Below the pieces are notes generated by a model. It saw nothing but the letters and a program-made list of their open reading frames with translations. It did no database searches and was not told the DNA's origin. The translations under genes and the position numbers were made by a program. Source: Clostridiales bacterium UBA1248 (lineage in GTDB: Bacteria; Bacillota; Clostridia; Oscillospirales; CAG-272). Taken from it: DNA of 53,373 nt. The number at the start of each line of letters is the position of its first letter. Position 1 is the stretch's first letter. Below are positions 33,613-41,323 of the stretch, in pieces. The stretch is taken from contig DBWC01000015.1 of NCBI GenBank assembly GCA_002308615.1, forward strand, positions 1 through 53,373. Direction: 5' to 3'.

Positions 33613-33654
33613 GAAAACAGAGACAAGGACAAAAGCGTCCGAGTCTCTGTTTTC
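33613..33654 (+). terminator. Terminator-like hairpin after the AraC gene
   Basis: GAAAACAGAGAC (33613-33624) pairs with GTCTCTGTTTTC (33643-33654) across an 18-nt loop. Confidence 0.45.
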
Positions 33655-33809
33655 CGTATAAAAAAGAAAAAATGAAGTGAAGAAGATAACACTAAAAGAC
33701 CTGTGGAAACAAGTGATATTTTCACGGGTAAAAAATATGTATGAGGCCTTCTTTTGCGAGTCTTGCGACCATGTAGTCGGATTCTGACGCACTGCGCGCC
33801 TAACTCATT

Positions 33810-34159
33810 ATGGCGGATCTTGTGGAAAGCCGCGACCAGTGCACCGGAGATCACGTCCACAAAACAGCGGCATACACGCGCATAATAATGGAGCAGCTGC
33901 GTAAGAACGTCTCTTACACGGATCAGCTTACGGACGCTTTTATCGAAGACGTGGTGCGCTCCGCGCCTCTTCACGATATAGGCAAGATCCAGGTCAAGGA
34001 CGCGATACTGAACAAACCGGGAAAACTTACGGAAGAGGAGTTTGAAGAGATAAAGAGCCACGCCTCGGCGGGACGCATTTTGACCCGCTGATCGTTTCAG
34101 CGTTTTTGAACGCGGAAGAAGATATCCGCAGGGTCGCGGAGAGCGTGCCGAAGAAATAA
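33810..34159 (+). pseudogene. Remnant of an HD-GYP domain (c-di-GMP phosphodiesterase-type) gene
   Basis: Frame a reads LVESRDQCTGDHVHKTAAY...APLHDIGKIQVKDAILNKPGKLTEEEFEEIKSHASAGRIL, then stops. Frame b reads HFDPLIVSAFLNAEEDIRRV, a typical HD-GYP C-terminus. The GYP-containing middle and any N-terminal domain are missing. Confidence 0.6.
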
Positions 34160-34175
34160 GCCGTACAAAAGCAAA

Positions 34176-34198
34176 TATGCCGGGGAGTCCCCGGCATA
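34176..34198 (+). terminator. Rho-independent terminator
   Basis: TATGCCGGGG-AGT-CCCCGGCATA is followed by a T-rich tail (ATTATTATTGTTTTT). Confidence 0.6.
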
Positions 34199-34232
34199 AT
34201 TATTATTGTTTTTCCGAATGTGCGCAAAAGCA

Positions 34233-34261
34233 TTGACAGCGGCGATAATATATGATAGAAT
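34233..34261 (+). promoter_or_regulatory. Sigma-A-type promoter for the TVP38-PlsC fusion gene
   Basis: TTGACA at 34233-34238, a 17-nt spacer, then TGa-TAGAAT at 34253-34261. Confidence 0.5.
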
Positions 34262-34336
34262 AAAGTATATAAAATCAGGTATTATATTTTCATATAGACA
34301 GACCTTATAAAATCGTTATGGACGGTGGGCCGGATA

Positions 34337-36199
34337 ATGGAAAAAAGCCGAAAAAAAATAATAAAAGAGCGAATAGTTATATTATGCATAGCCGTATTCG
34401 TAATAGGGCTTTTGATATATTTTCTGTCCGATATATTTTTCCCTTTTATAAAGCTTGAAGCGGCGCAGGATTTCGAAGGGGCAAAAAAACTGCTGCTTGA
34501 AAGCGGATTTGTCGGCTTTCTGACGGTTTCGATAATCGAAGCTTTGCAGATGGTCGTTATTTTCATTCCGGCAGAATTCATACAGCTGAGCAGCGGTATG
34601 TCGTATCCGTGGTGGCTTGCGATAATACTCTGCGATCTCGGCGTTATAACCGGGGCGTCTATAATATATTTTCTCGTTAACGTTTTCCGCTTCAACGGAG
34701 ATATTTTCAATAAAGAAGACAGGATAAAAAAATACGAACAGAAATCAAAAACGCGCAATACCATCATATTTATGTATATCCTGTTCATCATGCCGATAAT
34801 CCCGTTCGGCGCGATATGCTATTACGGATCAAGCAAAAAGATACCGTATCATAAATATCTGCTGACGTGCGCCACGGGCGTTATACCGTCTATTTCCACG
34901 TCTATACTCATGGGCAGCGCCATAAAAAAATTCATAGCCGATTCTCTGCCGATATGGGCGCTTATCCTTATTATCGTTCTGGCGGCGGCGATACTTTTTA
35001 CTCTTCTTGTATTCGTGCTGAAAAAATTCTTTTTTAAAAACGAGGAAGGCTACACGCCGTTTCTTGTAAATATTCTCGAAAAGCTGGCGTTTAAGATACT
35101 CTCGTTAAAGATCCGATATAAAGTAACTGGAGCCGGATCCGTGCAGGAGCTGACCGGACCTTTCATTTATCTTGCGGAGCACCATTCCGCGCTCGATTTC
35201 GCGGCGCTTTACAAAATAGACCCGGATAAAGATATGGCGGGCGTCATAAACGAACATCTTTTCCGCATACCCGTGCTCGGAAAGCTCATACGCAAAAGCA
35301 GTCATATCAGCAAAAAGCTGTTTTATCCGGACGTGATGTGTCTTAAAGGCATTATGCGGACGATAAAGCGCGGACGCCCCGTTGCGATAATGCCGGAGGC
35401 GAGGCTTTCTACCGACGGCGGTCCCTCGTACGTTGACGAAAACATCGCCGGTCTTTGCAAAAAGCTCGGCGTTCCGGTGGTCCTGGTCGAGATAAGGAAC
35501 AATTATTTTATCCTGCCGAAATGGCGCAAAAGGATCTTCCGCGGCGTATGCGAGGTCGAGATAAAACGCATTGTTACGCCGGAAGAGCTGAAAGAAATAA
35601 GCAGTACGGAGCTTGCAGGGATAATACGCGAAAACCTGTCTTATAACGAGTTCTCATCAAAAATATCGGAATTCAGATCAAATAACAAAGCTAAAGGACT
35701 GCACAACGTACTGTATATGTGTCCGCACTGCAGAACGCTTTATTCTAACGTATCAAATGGCAATACGCTTACGTGTACTCACTGCGGAAAGCAGTATCAC
35801 ATAGGCAAGGATTACAGATTTGTTGAAAGCGATATACCCACGATATTCGACTATTACGCGAAGATCAAAGATGCAGAAAAAGAAACGCTGCTAAGCGTAA
35901 ATCTTGACATACCGGTCGACGTTAAGATCTTCAAAGATCAGGTAAAGGATGTGCGGGTCGAAAAAGGCGTATTTCATCTCGATCACGATAAAGTATCTTT
36001 CAGATCGGATATAAGCGATCTGTATTTTGAATACACGACGGACCGGCTGGAAGGCATTGCTTACTCCGTAAACGAGGAATTTGAAATGTACTATCAGGAC
36101 GAGCTTTATTATTTCTATCCGCCGAAGGGCGAGCGCGCGGTCTGCACGCGCGTTGCGCTTTTGCACGAGCTGTTGAGAGGAGAACTTCAAAATGGGTAA
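34337..36199 (+). CDS. Fusion protein: TVP38/TMEM64 (DedA/VTT-like) membrane domain, a lysophospholipid (PlsC-type) acyltransferase, and a C-terminal zinc-ribbon domain
   Basis: ATG 34337 (MEKSRKK); GTG 34325 is an alternative start. The N-terminal half is polytopic. The HX4D motif is in AEHHSALD and the second acyltransferase block is AIMPEARLS. The zinc ribbon is CPHCRTLY...CTHCG. Confidence 0.7.
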   Translation: MEKSRKKIIKERIVILCIAVFVIGLLIYFLSDIFFPFIKLEAAQDFEGAKKLLLESGFVGFLTVSIIEALQMVVIFIPAEFIQLSSGMSYPWWLAIILCDLGVITGASIIYFLVNVFRFNGDIFNKEDRIKKYEQKSKTRNTIIFMYILFIMPIIPFGAICYYGSSKKIPYHKYLLTCATGVIPSISTSILMGSAIKKFIADSLPIWALILIIVLAAAILFTLLVFVLKKFFFKNEEGYTPFLVNILEKLAFKILSLKIRYKVTGAGSVQELTGPFIYLAEHHSALDFAALYKIDPDKDMAGVINEHLFRIPVLGKLIRKSSHISKKLFYPDVMCLKGIMRTIKRGRPVAIMPEARLSTDGGPSYVDENIAGLCKKLGVPVVLVEIRNNYFILPKWRKRIFRGVCEVEIKRIVTPEELKEISSTELAGIIRENLSYNEFSSKISEFRSNNKAKGLHNVLYMCPHCRTLYSNVSNGNTLTCTHCGKQYHIGKDYRFVESDIPTIFDYYAKIKDAEKETLLSVNLDIPVDVKIFKDQVKDVRVEKGVFHLDHDKVSFRSDISDLYFEYTTDRLEGIAYSVNEEFEMYYQDELYYFYPPKGERAVCTRVALLHELLRGELQNG

Positions 36200-37622
36200 A
36201 AACGAGAGTAAACTTGTAACCATATCCCGCAAGTCTTTTATCTCCGTGCTCATTCTTCTTGCCGTTCTCATGGCGGCATCCATTGTTCTGACTTACGTTA
36301 TCCCCAAGGGAACGTATGAAACGACCGTCGTTGACGGCGAGGAAGTCGTTGATTATCAAAGCTATACGGCGCTTGATGACGCGGACGGCATACCGGTTTG
36401 GAAAGGCGTTCTGGCTCCGTTTTTACTGCTCGGAAGCGGAGACGGGATAAATATAATAATGCTTTCCGTTTTTCTGATCGTAATCGTCGGAACCTTCCAG
36501 GCGATGAACGACAACAACGGAATAAAAGTCATAGTCGACAGAGTGATCGCAAAATTCAAGAACCGCCGTTTCCTTTTATTGAGCATAGTTGCTTTCGTAT
36601 TTATGATCTTCGGCGCGATGCTCGGTCTGTTTGAGGAAATGCTGACGCTTTTGCCGGTAATGGTCATTTTATCGCTTTCTTTAGGATACGATTCTTTTAC
36701 CGGATTTCTTATATCGATAGTCGCCTGCGGCTTCGGTTTTTCATCGGCGATAACCAATCCTTTCACGGTTTTGTTCGCGTCGCAGATAATAGGCGTCAAC
36801 CCGATGACAAACGTATGGTACCGTATAATAATCTTCTTTGTGATGTACGGACTTATAGAGCTTTCTTTACTGCTTTATACAAAAAAGATAGAAAAAAATC
36901 CGGAGTCGTCCTTTACTTACGAGCGCGACGCAAAACTGAAAGGCGAGCTTTTCAAAGAAGAAAAAATCGAAAACGAAAAAAAGATATTTTTCTCGTATAT
37001 CGTATTTTTCGCCGTTGTTTTGGCGACTCTCATCACGTTTTCCGCAATAGATTCCATACGCGATTACACGGTGGTCGCGCTTATCGCCGTATTTCTGATC
37101 GGGGGCACGCTTGCCTCCCTTATCGCCTCCGGATCCAAATTCAAAGCGACGTTCAAGTCGTTCGGCAAAGGCGCTTTGAGCGTTATCCCCACGATCTTAT
37201 TCATACTTATGGCGTCGTCGGTCAAATACATACTCGTACAGGGAAAAGTTCTGCCGACGATCACGAACACGATAAACGGCATTGTGGAAAACAGAAATCC
37301 GTATTCGCTGGCTCTTATACTTTTTCTGATCGTTTTAGTGCTTGAATTCTTCATCTCCTCGTCCACGGCAAAGGCTATATTCGTTATGTCCATTTTAGGA
37401 GTTCTGACGCTTGACATAACAAAAGAGATGCAGGTTTTGATATACACGTTTGCGGACGGCTACACGAATCTGCTCTTCCCCACCTCGCCGGTCCTTCTTA
37501 TAGGGCTTTCAATGATAGAGTTCTCGTATTTCAAGTGGCTGAAAAAATCGTGGCCGCTGTTTGCCGCCACGTTTGCGCTCGTTATAGTATTTCTTGTACT
37601 CGGTATTTTAATAGGATTCTGA
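36192..37622 (+). CDS. YfcC-family (DcuC/ArcD-like) membrane transporter
   Basis: 476-aa polytopic ORF. The N-terminus (SFISVLILLAVLMAASIVLTYVIPKGTYE) and overall layout resemble YfcC. It overlaps the upstream gene by 8 nt. Confidence 0.65.
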   Translation: MGKNESKLVTISRKSFISVLILLAVLMAASIVLTYVIPKGTYETTVVDGEEVVDYQSYTALDDADGIPVWKGVLAPFLLLGSGDGINIIMLSVFLIVIVGTFQAMNDNNGIKVIVDRVIAKFKNRRFLLLSIVAFVFMIFGAMLGLFEEMLTLLPVMVILSLSLGYDSFTGFLISIVACGFGFSSAITNPFTVLFASQIIGVNPMTNVWYRIIIFFVMYGLIELSLLLYTKKIEKNPESSFTYERDAKLKGELFKEEKIENEKKIFFSYIVFFAVVLATLITFSAIDSIRDYTVVALIAVFLIGGTLASLIASGSKFKATFKSFGKGALSVIPTILFILMASSVKYILVQGKVLPTITNTINGIVENRNPYSLALILFLIVLVLEFFISSSTAKAIFVMSILGVLTLDITKEMQVLIYTFADGYTNLLFPTSPVLLIGLSMIEFSYFKWLKKSWPLFAATFALVIVFLVLGILIGF

Positions 37623-37637
37623 TAAAGGAGTTAATAT

Positions 37638-38468
37638 ATGTTTTATATAGGCTGTCATTTGTCGTCGTCTGACGGATATCTCGCCATGGGAAAGCAGGCG
37701 TCGGAAATAGGCGCGAACACTTTTCAGTTTTTTACGCGCAATCCGCGCGGAGGCTCGGTCAAAAAGTTTGACCCGGAGGACGCCGCCTCACTCGTATCGT
37801 ATATGAAAGAAAACGGCTTCGGCAGAATAGTCGCGCACGCGCCCTATACGCTTAATCCCGCGTCAGCCGAGGCGAAAACGCGCGAATTTGCGGATATGGT
37901 ATTCGCGGACGATATAGCCGTACTCGAGCACATCCCCGGCGCGCTTTACAATTTTCATCCCGGTTCTCACGTCGGTCAGGGCGTTGACACAGGCATTAAA
38001 TACATACTTGAAATGCTGAATAAAAATATGTTTTCCGGTATGAAAACTACGGTATTGCTTGAAACCATGGCGGGCAAAGGAAGCGAGATAGGTTCGACTT
38101 TTGAAGAGCTGCGCACGATAATAGACGGCTGTGAATACAAAGAGCATCTGGGCGTCTGCCTTGACACGTGCCACATCTCCGACGCCGGCTACGACGTGGG
38201 AGACGGACTTGACCAAACGCTTGAAGAGTTTGATAAAATAATAGGACTTGACAGACTTTTTGCAATACATTTAAACGACAGCAAAAACCCGCGCGGCGCT
38301 CATAAGGACAGACACGAAAAAATAGGTCAGGGATTTATAGGTTTGGATAATATAGAACGCATTATCAACCACAAATGTTTGGCTGAGTTGCCGTTTGAGC
38401 TTGAAACGCCGAACGATATCGACGGCTACGCCAAAGAGATAGAGCTTTTGAAAGGGTTGAGAAAATGA
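37638..38468 (+). CDS. nfo: Deoxyribonuclease IV (endonuclease IV)
   Basis: 276 aa. Matching segments are YIGCHLS, GANTFQFFTRNPRG, HAPY.LN, LETMAGKGSE.G, CLDTCH and HLNDSK...G...DRHE.IG.G. Confidence 0.85.
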   Translation: MFYIGCHLSSSDGYLAMGKQASEIGANTFQFFTRNPRGGSVKKFDPEDAASLVSYMKENGFGRIVAHAPYTLNPASAEAKTREFADMVFADDIAVLEHIPGALYNFHPGSHVGQGVDTGIKYILEMLNKNMFSGMKTTVLLETMAGKGSEIGSTFEELRTIIDGCEYKEHLGVCLDTCHISDAGYDVGDGLDQTLEEFDKIIGLDRLFAIHLNDSKNPRGAHKDRHEKIGQGFIGLDNIERIINHKCLAELPFELETPNDIDGYAKEIELLKGLRK

Positions 38469-39625
38469 AGTATACAGCCGAAAAATACAATAGATTCACC
38501 GTAAAATACCATAGTGAGGTCCCCGCCGTCGCAAGCTTTTACTTCACCTGTGAAGGACAGACCGTAAGAGAGCTGTTTTATCTGCCAGCTGATAAAAACG
38601 GAGAATTTATCAGCTGCACCGAGGGATTTCTTGAGGGAAAGCTCGCATACGGCGTTTTTGATCTGCGCATAGAGCCGCGCGGAGACGGCGAGGCCGTTAT
38701 AGACGATATATACGTCAGTATCGCCGACGTTCCCGCAAGCGGTACATACTTTATTGAGAACGATATACTTAAAGTCGGCGTGGAGCTCGTATGGGGCGGC
38801 GGCCTTTCGTATTACGAGGACAAGCGCTGCGAGGTCGAAGGCCTATCAAATATGCTCAACCACGCGGACACGGGAAGGCTTGTGCAGCAGTCGTACTACG
38901 GCACGGGCGAGCCGCCGTACGTTAAAGGCGAGTTTATGGGCAATCCGTGGAGCTACAACCCCGTTCAGGGCGGCGACCGCGGCAACTGCAAAAGCAAGCT
39001 GATAGACTTTGCCGTAAAGGAAAACTCCGTATGGGTAAAATGCCGTCCGAGAGACTGGGGCCACGTCGGTTCGTATACTTACAGCTATATGGAAAACACG
39101 TACACTATAGACGGCGACGTTCTTCGCGTTGACAATAAATTCACGGACTGGTCCGGATACGAGCATCCCGAAGCGGGGCAGGAGGTCCCGGCGTTCTATA
39201 CGGTAAGTTACTTAGATAATTTCTATTTCTATAACGGTGACAAGCCGTGGCAGAACGAGCCGCTCCAGGTCCGCCGCGACCTGATATTCTGGCCGGAGGA
39301 CTGGCCGAGGCACAGATTCCCCTTAAACGAAAAAAACACCGAGACGTGGTGCGCCTGGGTGGATATAAACGATTACGGGATAGGACTGTACGTCCCCGGT
39401 GCGACGATGCTCATAGGCGGCCGTTTCAGCCACAACGGAACAAAGGACCCGGCGGCGGGACCGACGAACTACGTCGCGCCGCTTTACCGGCTGAAGCTCA
39501 TTTCGTACAAACCGCTTGAATACAGCTATATAATAACGTCTGGTCGGCTATCGGAAATAAGAGAAAAATTTAAAGAAAACAAAGACTTTACGGACAACGC
39601 TTCTTTTACAGATTACAACAAATAA
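38465..39625 (+). CDS. Hypothetical protein, translationally coupled to nfo
   Basis: 386-aa ORF whose ATG overlaps the nfo stop (ATGA). Its composition is protein-like (NHADTGRLVQQSYYG, WSYNPVQGGD). No family confidently recognised. Confidence 0.6.
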   Translation: MKYTAEKYNRFTVKYHSEVPAVASFYFTCEGQTVRELFYLPADKNGEFISCTEGFLEGKLAYGVFDLRIEPRGDGEAVIDDIYVSIADVPASGTYFIENDILKVGVELVWGGGLSYYEDKRCEVEGLSNMLNHADTGRLVQQSYYGTGEPPYVKGEFMGNPWSYNPVQGGDRGNCKSKLIDFAVKENSVWVKCRPRDWGHVGSYTYSYMENTYTIDGDVLRVDNKFTDWSGYEHPEAGQEVPAFYTVSYLDNFYFYNGDKPWQNEPLQVRRDLIFWPEDWPRHRFPLNEKNTETWCAWVDINDYGIGLYVPGATMLIGGRFSHNGTKDPAAGPTNYVAPLYRLKLISYKPLEYSYIITSGRLSEIREKFKENKDFTDNASFTDYNK

Positions 39626-40079
39626 CCGCCCATTCTTTAATAAGTCTGTCAAGCGAGTACGCGGCGTTTGCCGGACTCGTTGACGGCAGACACATGTGCG
39701 GAATATCGCATTTTATATATTTTTCATACAGCTTGTTTGCCAGTCTGCCGTTCAAATACACGGCTTTGATATCGGCGGTCTTTAACAAAGGCGTTATATC
39801 GTTAGGTATAACGTCTTTTATGCTTGAATCGGACGATCCGGTCACCGTGCATGACGAAATTACGTCCCATAACGCAACGTTGTTGTCAAGCAGAAATTTT
39901 GTCTTCTCTTCTTTGCCGTCGCCGCAAGGCTTGCCGACGACGGACGATAAAACGCGCCAGAAGCGGTTCTGCTTATGCCCGTAGTAAAAACCCGAGCGCC
40001 TTGACGCCTCCGACGGAAAGCTGCCTAATATGAGTATTTTTGAGTTTTTGTCGTATACCGGATCAATTTCGTGTTTCAT
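39606..40079 (-). CDS. DNA-deoxyinosine (hypoxanthine) glycosylase, UDG superfamily
   Basis: 157 aa. Matching segments are ILILGSFPS, FYYGH..NRFW, ALWDV and LPSTSPAN. Confidence 0.75.
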   Translation of the reverse strand: MKHEIDPVYDKNSKILILGSFPSEASRRSGFYYGHKQNRFWRVLSSVVGKPCGDGKEEKTKFLLDNNVALWDVISSCTVTGSSDSSIKDVIPNDITPLLKTADIKAVYLNGRLANKLYEKYIKCDIPHMCLPSTSPANAAYSLDRLIKEWAVICCNL

Positions 40080-40085
40080 GCTTTT

Positions 40086-40114
40086 ATTCTACAACGTTTT
40101 TGCAAAAATGTCAA
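40086..40114 (-). promoter_or_regulatory. Sigma-A-type promoter placed so that the glycosylase mRNA would be leaderless
   Basis: The minus strand reads TTGACA, a 17-nt spacer, then TAGAAT. Only 6 nt (AAAAGC) separate the -10 element from ATG 40079, and there is no SD. Confidence 0.45.
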
Positions 40115-40155
40115 TATAAAATTTGCCTTTCCCAATGGGTGAAGGCAAATATGCA

Positions 40156-40183
40156 AAAAAGCGGTCAGTTGACCGCTTTTTTA
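40156..40183 (-). terminator. Bidirectional-type rho-independent terminator immediately after the surface-protein gene stop
   Basis: AAAAAAGCGGTCA-GT-TGACCGCTTTTTT. Confidence 0.75.
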
Positions 40184-41314
40184 TCATTTCTTCTTTTTTG
40201 GTATCACAAGCGCTAAAACCGCTATGATAACAACGTCCGCCGCCGCGGCGATGAGGATAATCACTGTCTTTTTGCTCACACCGCCTTTTTGTTCTTCTGC
40301 TTTTGTTTCTTCGGCTGTGTCAGGCGGCTCTGTCTGCGATATTTCCGTTTCGGTTTCCGTCTCCGTTATTATATCGGTTTCCGTGACGGTGTCCGGCGCG
40401 GCCGTCGTCGTTTCGGGTATCACGCCTTTTTCGGCGGCTTCTATAGCGCCATCCCCGAAATATATCTTTAAATTATCCACGTACGCCGTTTCGTTTCTCG
40501 TCGCTATCGCAAGCTGTGAGCCGTTGTAATGTAAGCGCGTGTTCTCCACGTCAAGCAGCTGTGCTCCGTCTTTGTCAAATACCTTTGCGTTTTTATAATA
40601 CCTGACGTTCGTTCCGTCGCTTTCATAGACCGTGCTTTCGTCCGAAAGCTCGGCGTACGCGATCAGCTCACCGTTTACGTAAATGCTTATACGCTTTGCG
40701 TCGTCCGTTATCTTAACGTCCGTATATTCGCCGATCACAACGCTTTCGGGATAACCGACCGTACAGCCGTCTGACGCTACGGTAAGAGAATCCTCCGCGT
40801 ATTTTTTGACGGTAAGCGTTATGCCGTTATCCCGGAAGGATATCGAAATGCCGGAGCCGCCGACGCCGGAGCCGCCTTTGCCGTTGTTTTCAGCGTACCA
40901 GTCCCATTCGAAATAGTTGAACACCTGCATTATACCGTTGTTTCTCGGGTTCTTTTTTTGCAGCGCCCCCGGCATTTCGCCTCTTACGAATACGTTGACC
41001 ATATTCGTGGGTTTTTGTACTTTTATTGAGAGAGAGAAAACGTATTCCGCGGGGATATAGTCCATGGTGCGCAGGTCGGAATACCCGGACAGTCTCATAA
41101 CGTTCCCGCCATCGCCCTTCATGACGTCGCAGGCGCTGTCAGGCGTGGCGTTCAGCCACTCGAAATAGCCGTATAACGCGTCGAGCGTGAGCGGATCGTC
41201 GCCGGGATAAGCGGAGTCAAAATTTTCTTCTATCAAAGTCAGCGCCGCCGCCGGAAACACCGTCATACATACCGAAAGGAAAAGACAGATGATAACAGTA
41301 AATATTTTTTTCAT
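40184..41314 (-). CDS. Surface protein with a signal peptide, a LamG/DUF1080-like beta-sandwich, a Thr/Glu-rich linker and a C-terminal TM anchor
   Basis: 376 aa. The signal peptide is MKKIFTVIICLFLSVCMTVFPAAA. The C-terminus is KKTVIILIAAAADVVIIAVLALVIPKKKK. It lies 9 nt downstream of the previous gene, with GGAG between them. Confidence 0.6.
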   Translation of the reverse strand: MKKIFTVIICLFLSVCMTVFPAAALTLIEENFDSAYPGDDPLTLDALYGYFEWLNATPDSACDVMKGDGGNVMRLSGYSDLRTMDYIPAEYVFSLSIKVQKPTNMVNVFVRGEMPGALQKKNPRNNGIMQVFNYFEWDWYAENNGKGGSGVGGSGISISFRDNGITLTVKKYAEDSLTVASDGCTVGYPESVVIGEYTDVKITDDAKRISIYVNGELIAYAELSDESTVYESDGTNVRYYKNAKVFDKDGAQLLDVENTRLHYNGSQLAIATRNETAYVDNLKIYFGDGAIEAAEKGVIPETTTAAPDTVTETDIITETETETEISQTEPPDTAEETKAEEQKGGVSKKTVIILIAAAADVVIIAVLALVIPKKKK

Positions 41315-41323
41315 TTTATCTCC

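Noticed and set aside
33486-34061. 191-aa minus-strand ORF
   Set aside because: It is antisense to the HD-GYP remnant and overlaps the AraC 3' end. The sequence is basic and hydrophobic low-complexity with no family resemblance.
34325-34336. GTG 34325 as the start of the TVP38-PlsC fusion, and similar extended alternative starts in the track at 1701, 10091, 18270, 24069, 32735, 47464, 48651 and 52651
   Set aside because: In each case the downstream start has a better-placed Shine-Dalgarno sequence. The upstream extension also overlaps a promoter or a neighbouring gene. These choices remain unverified without experimental data.
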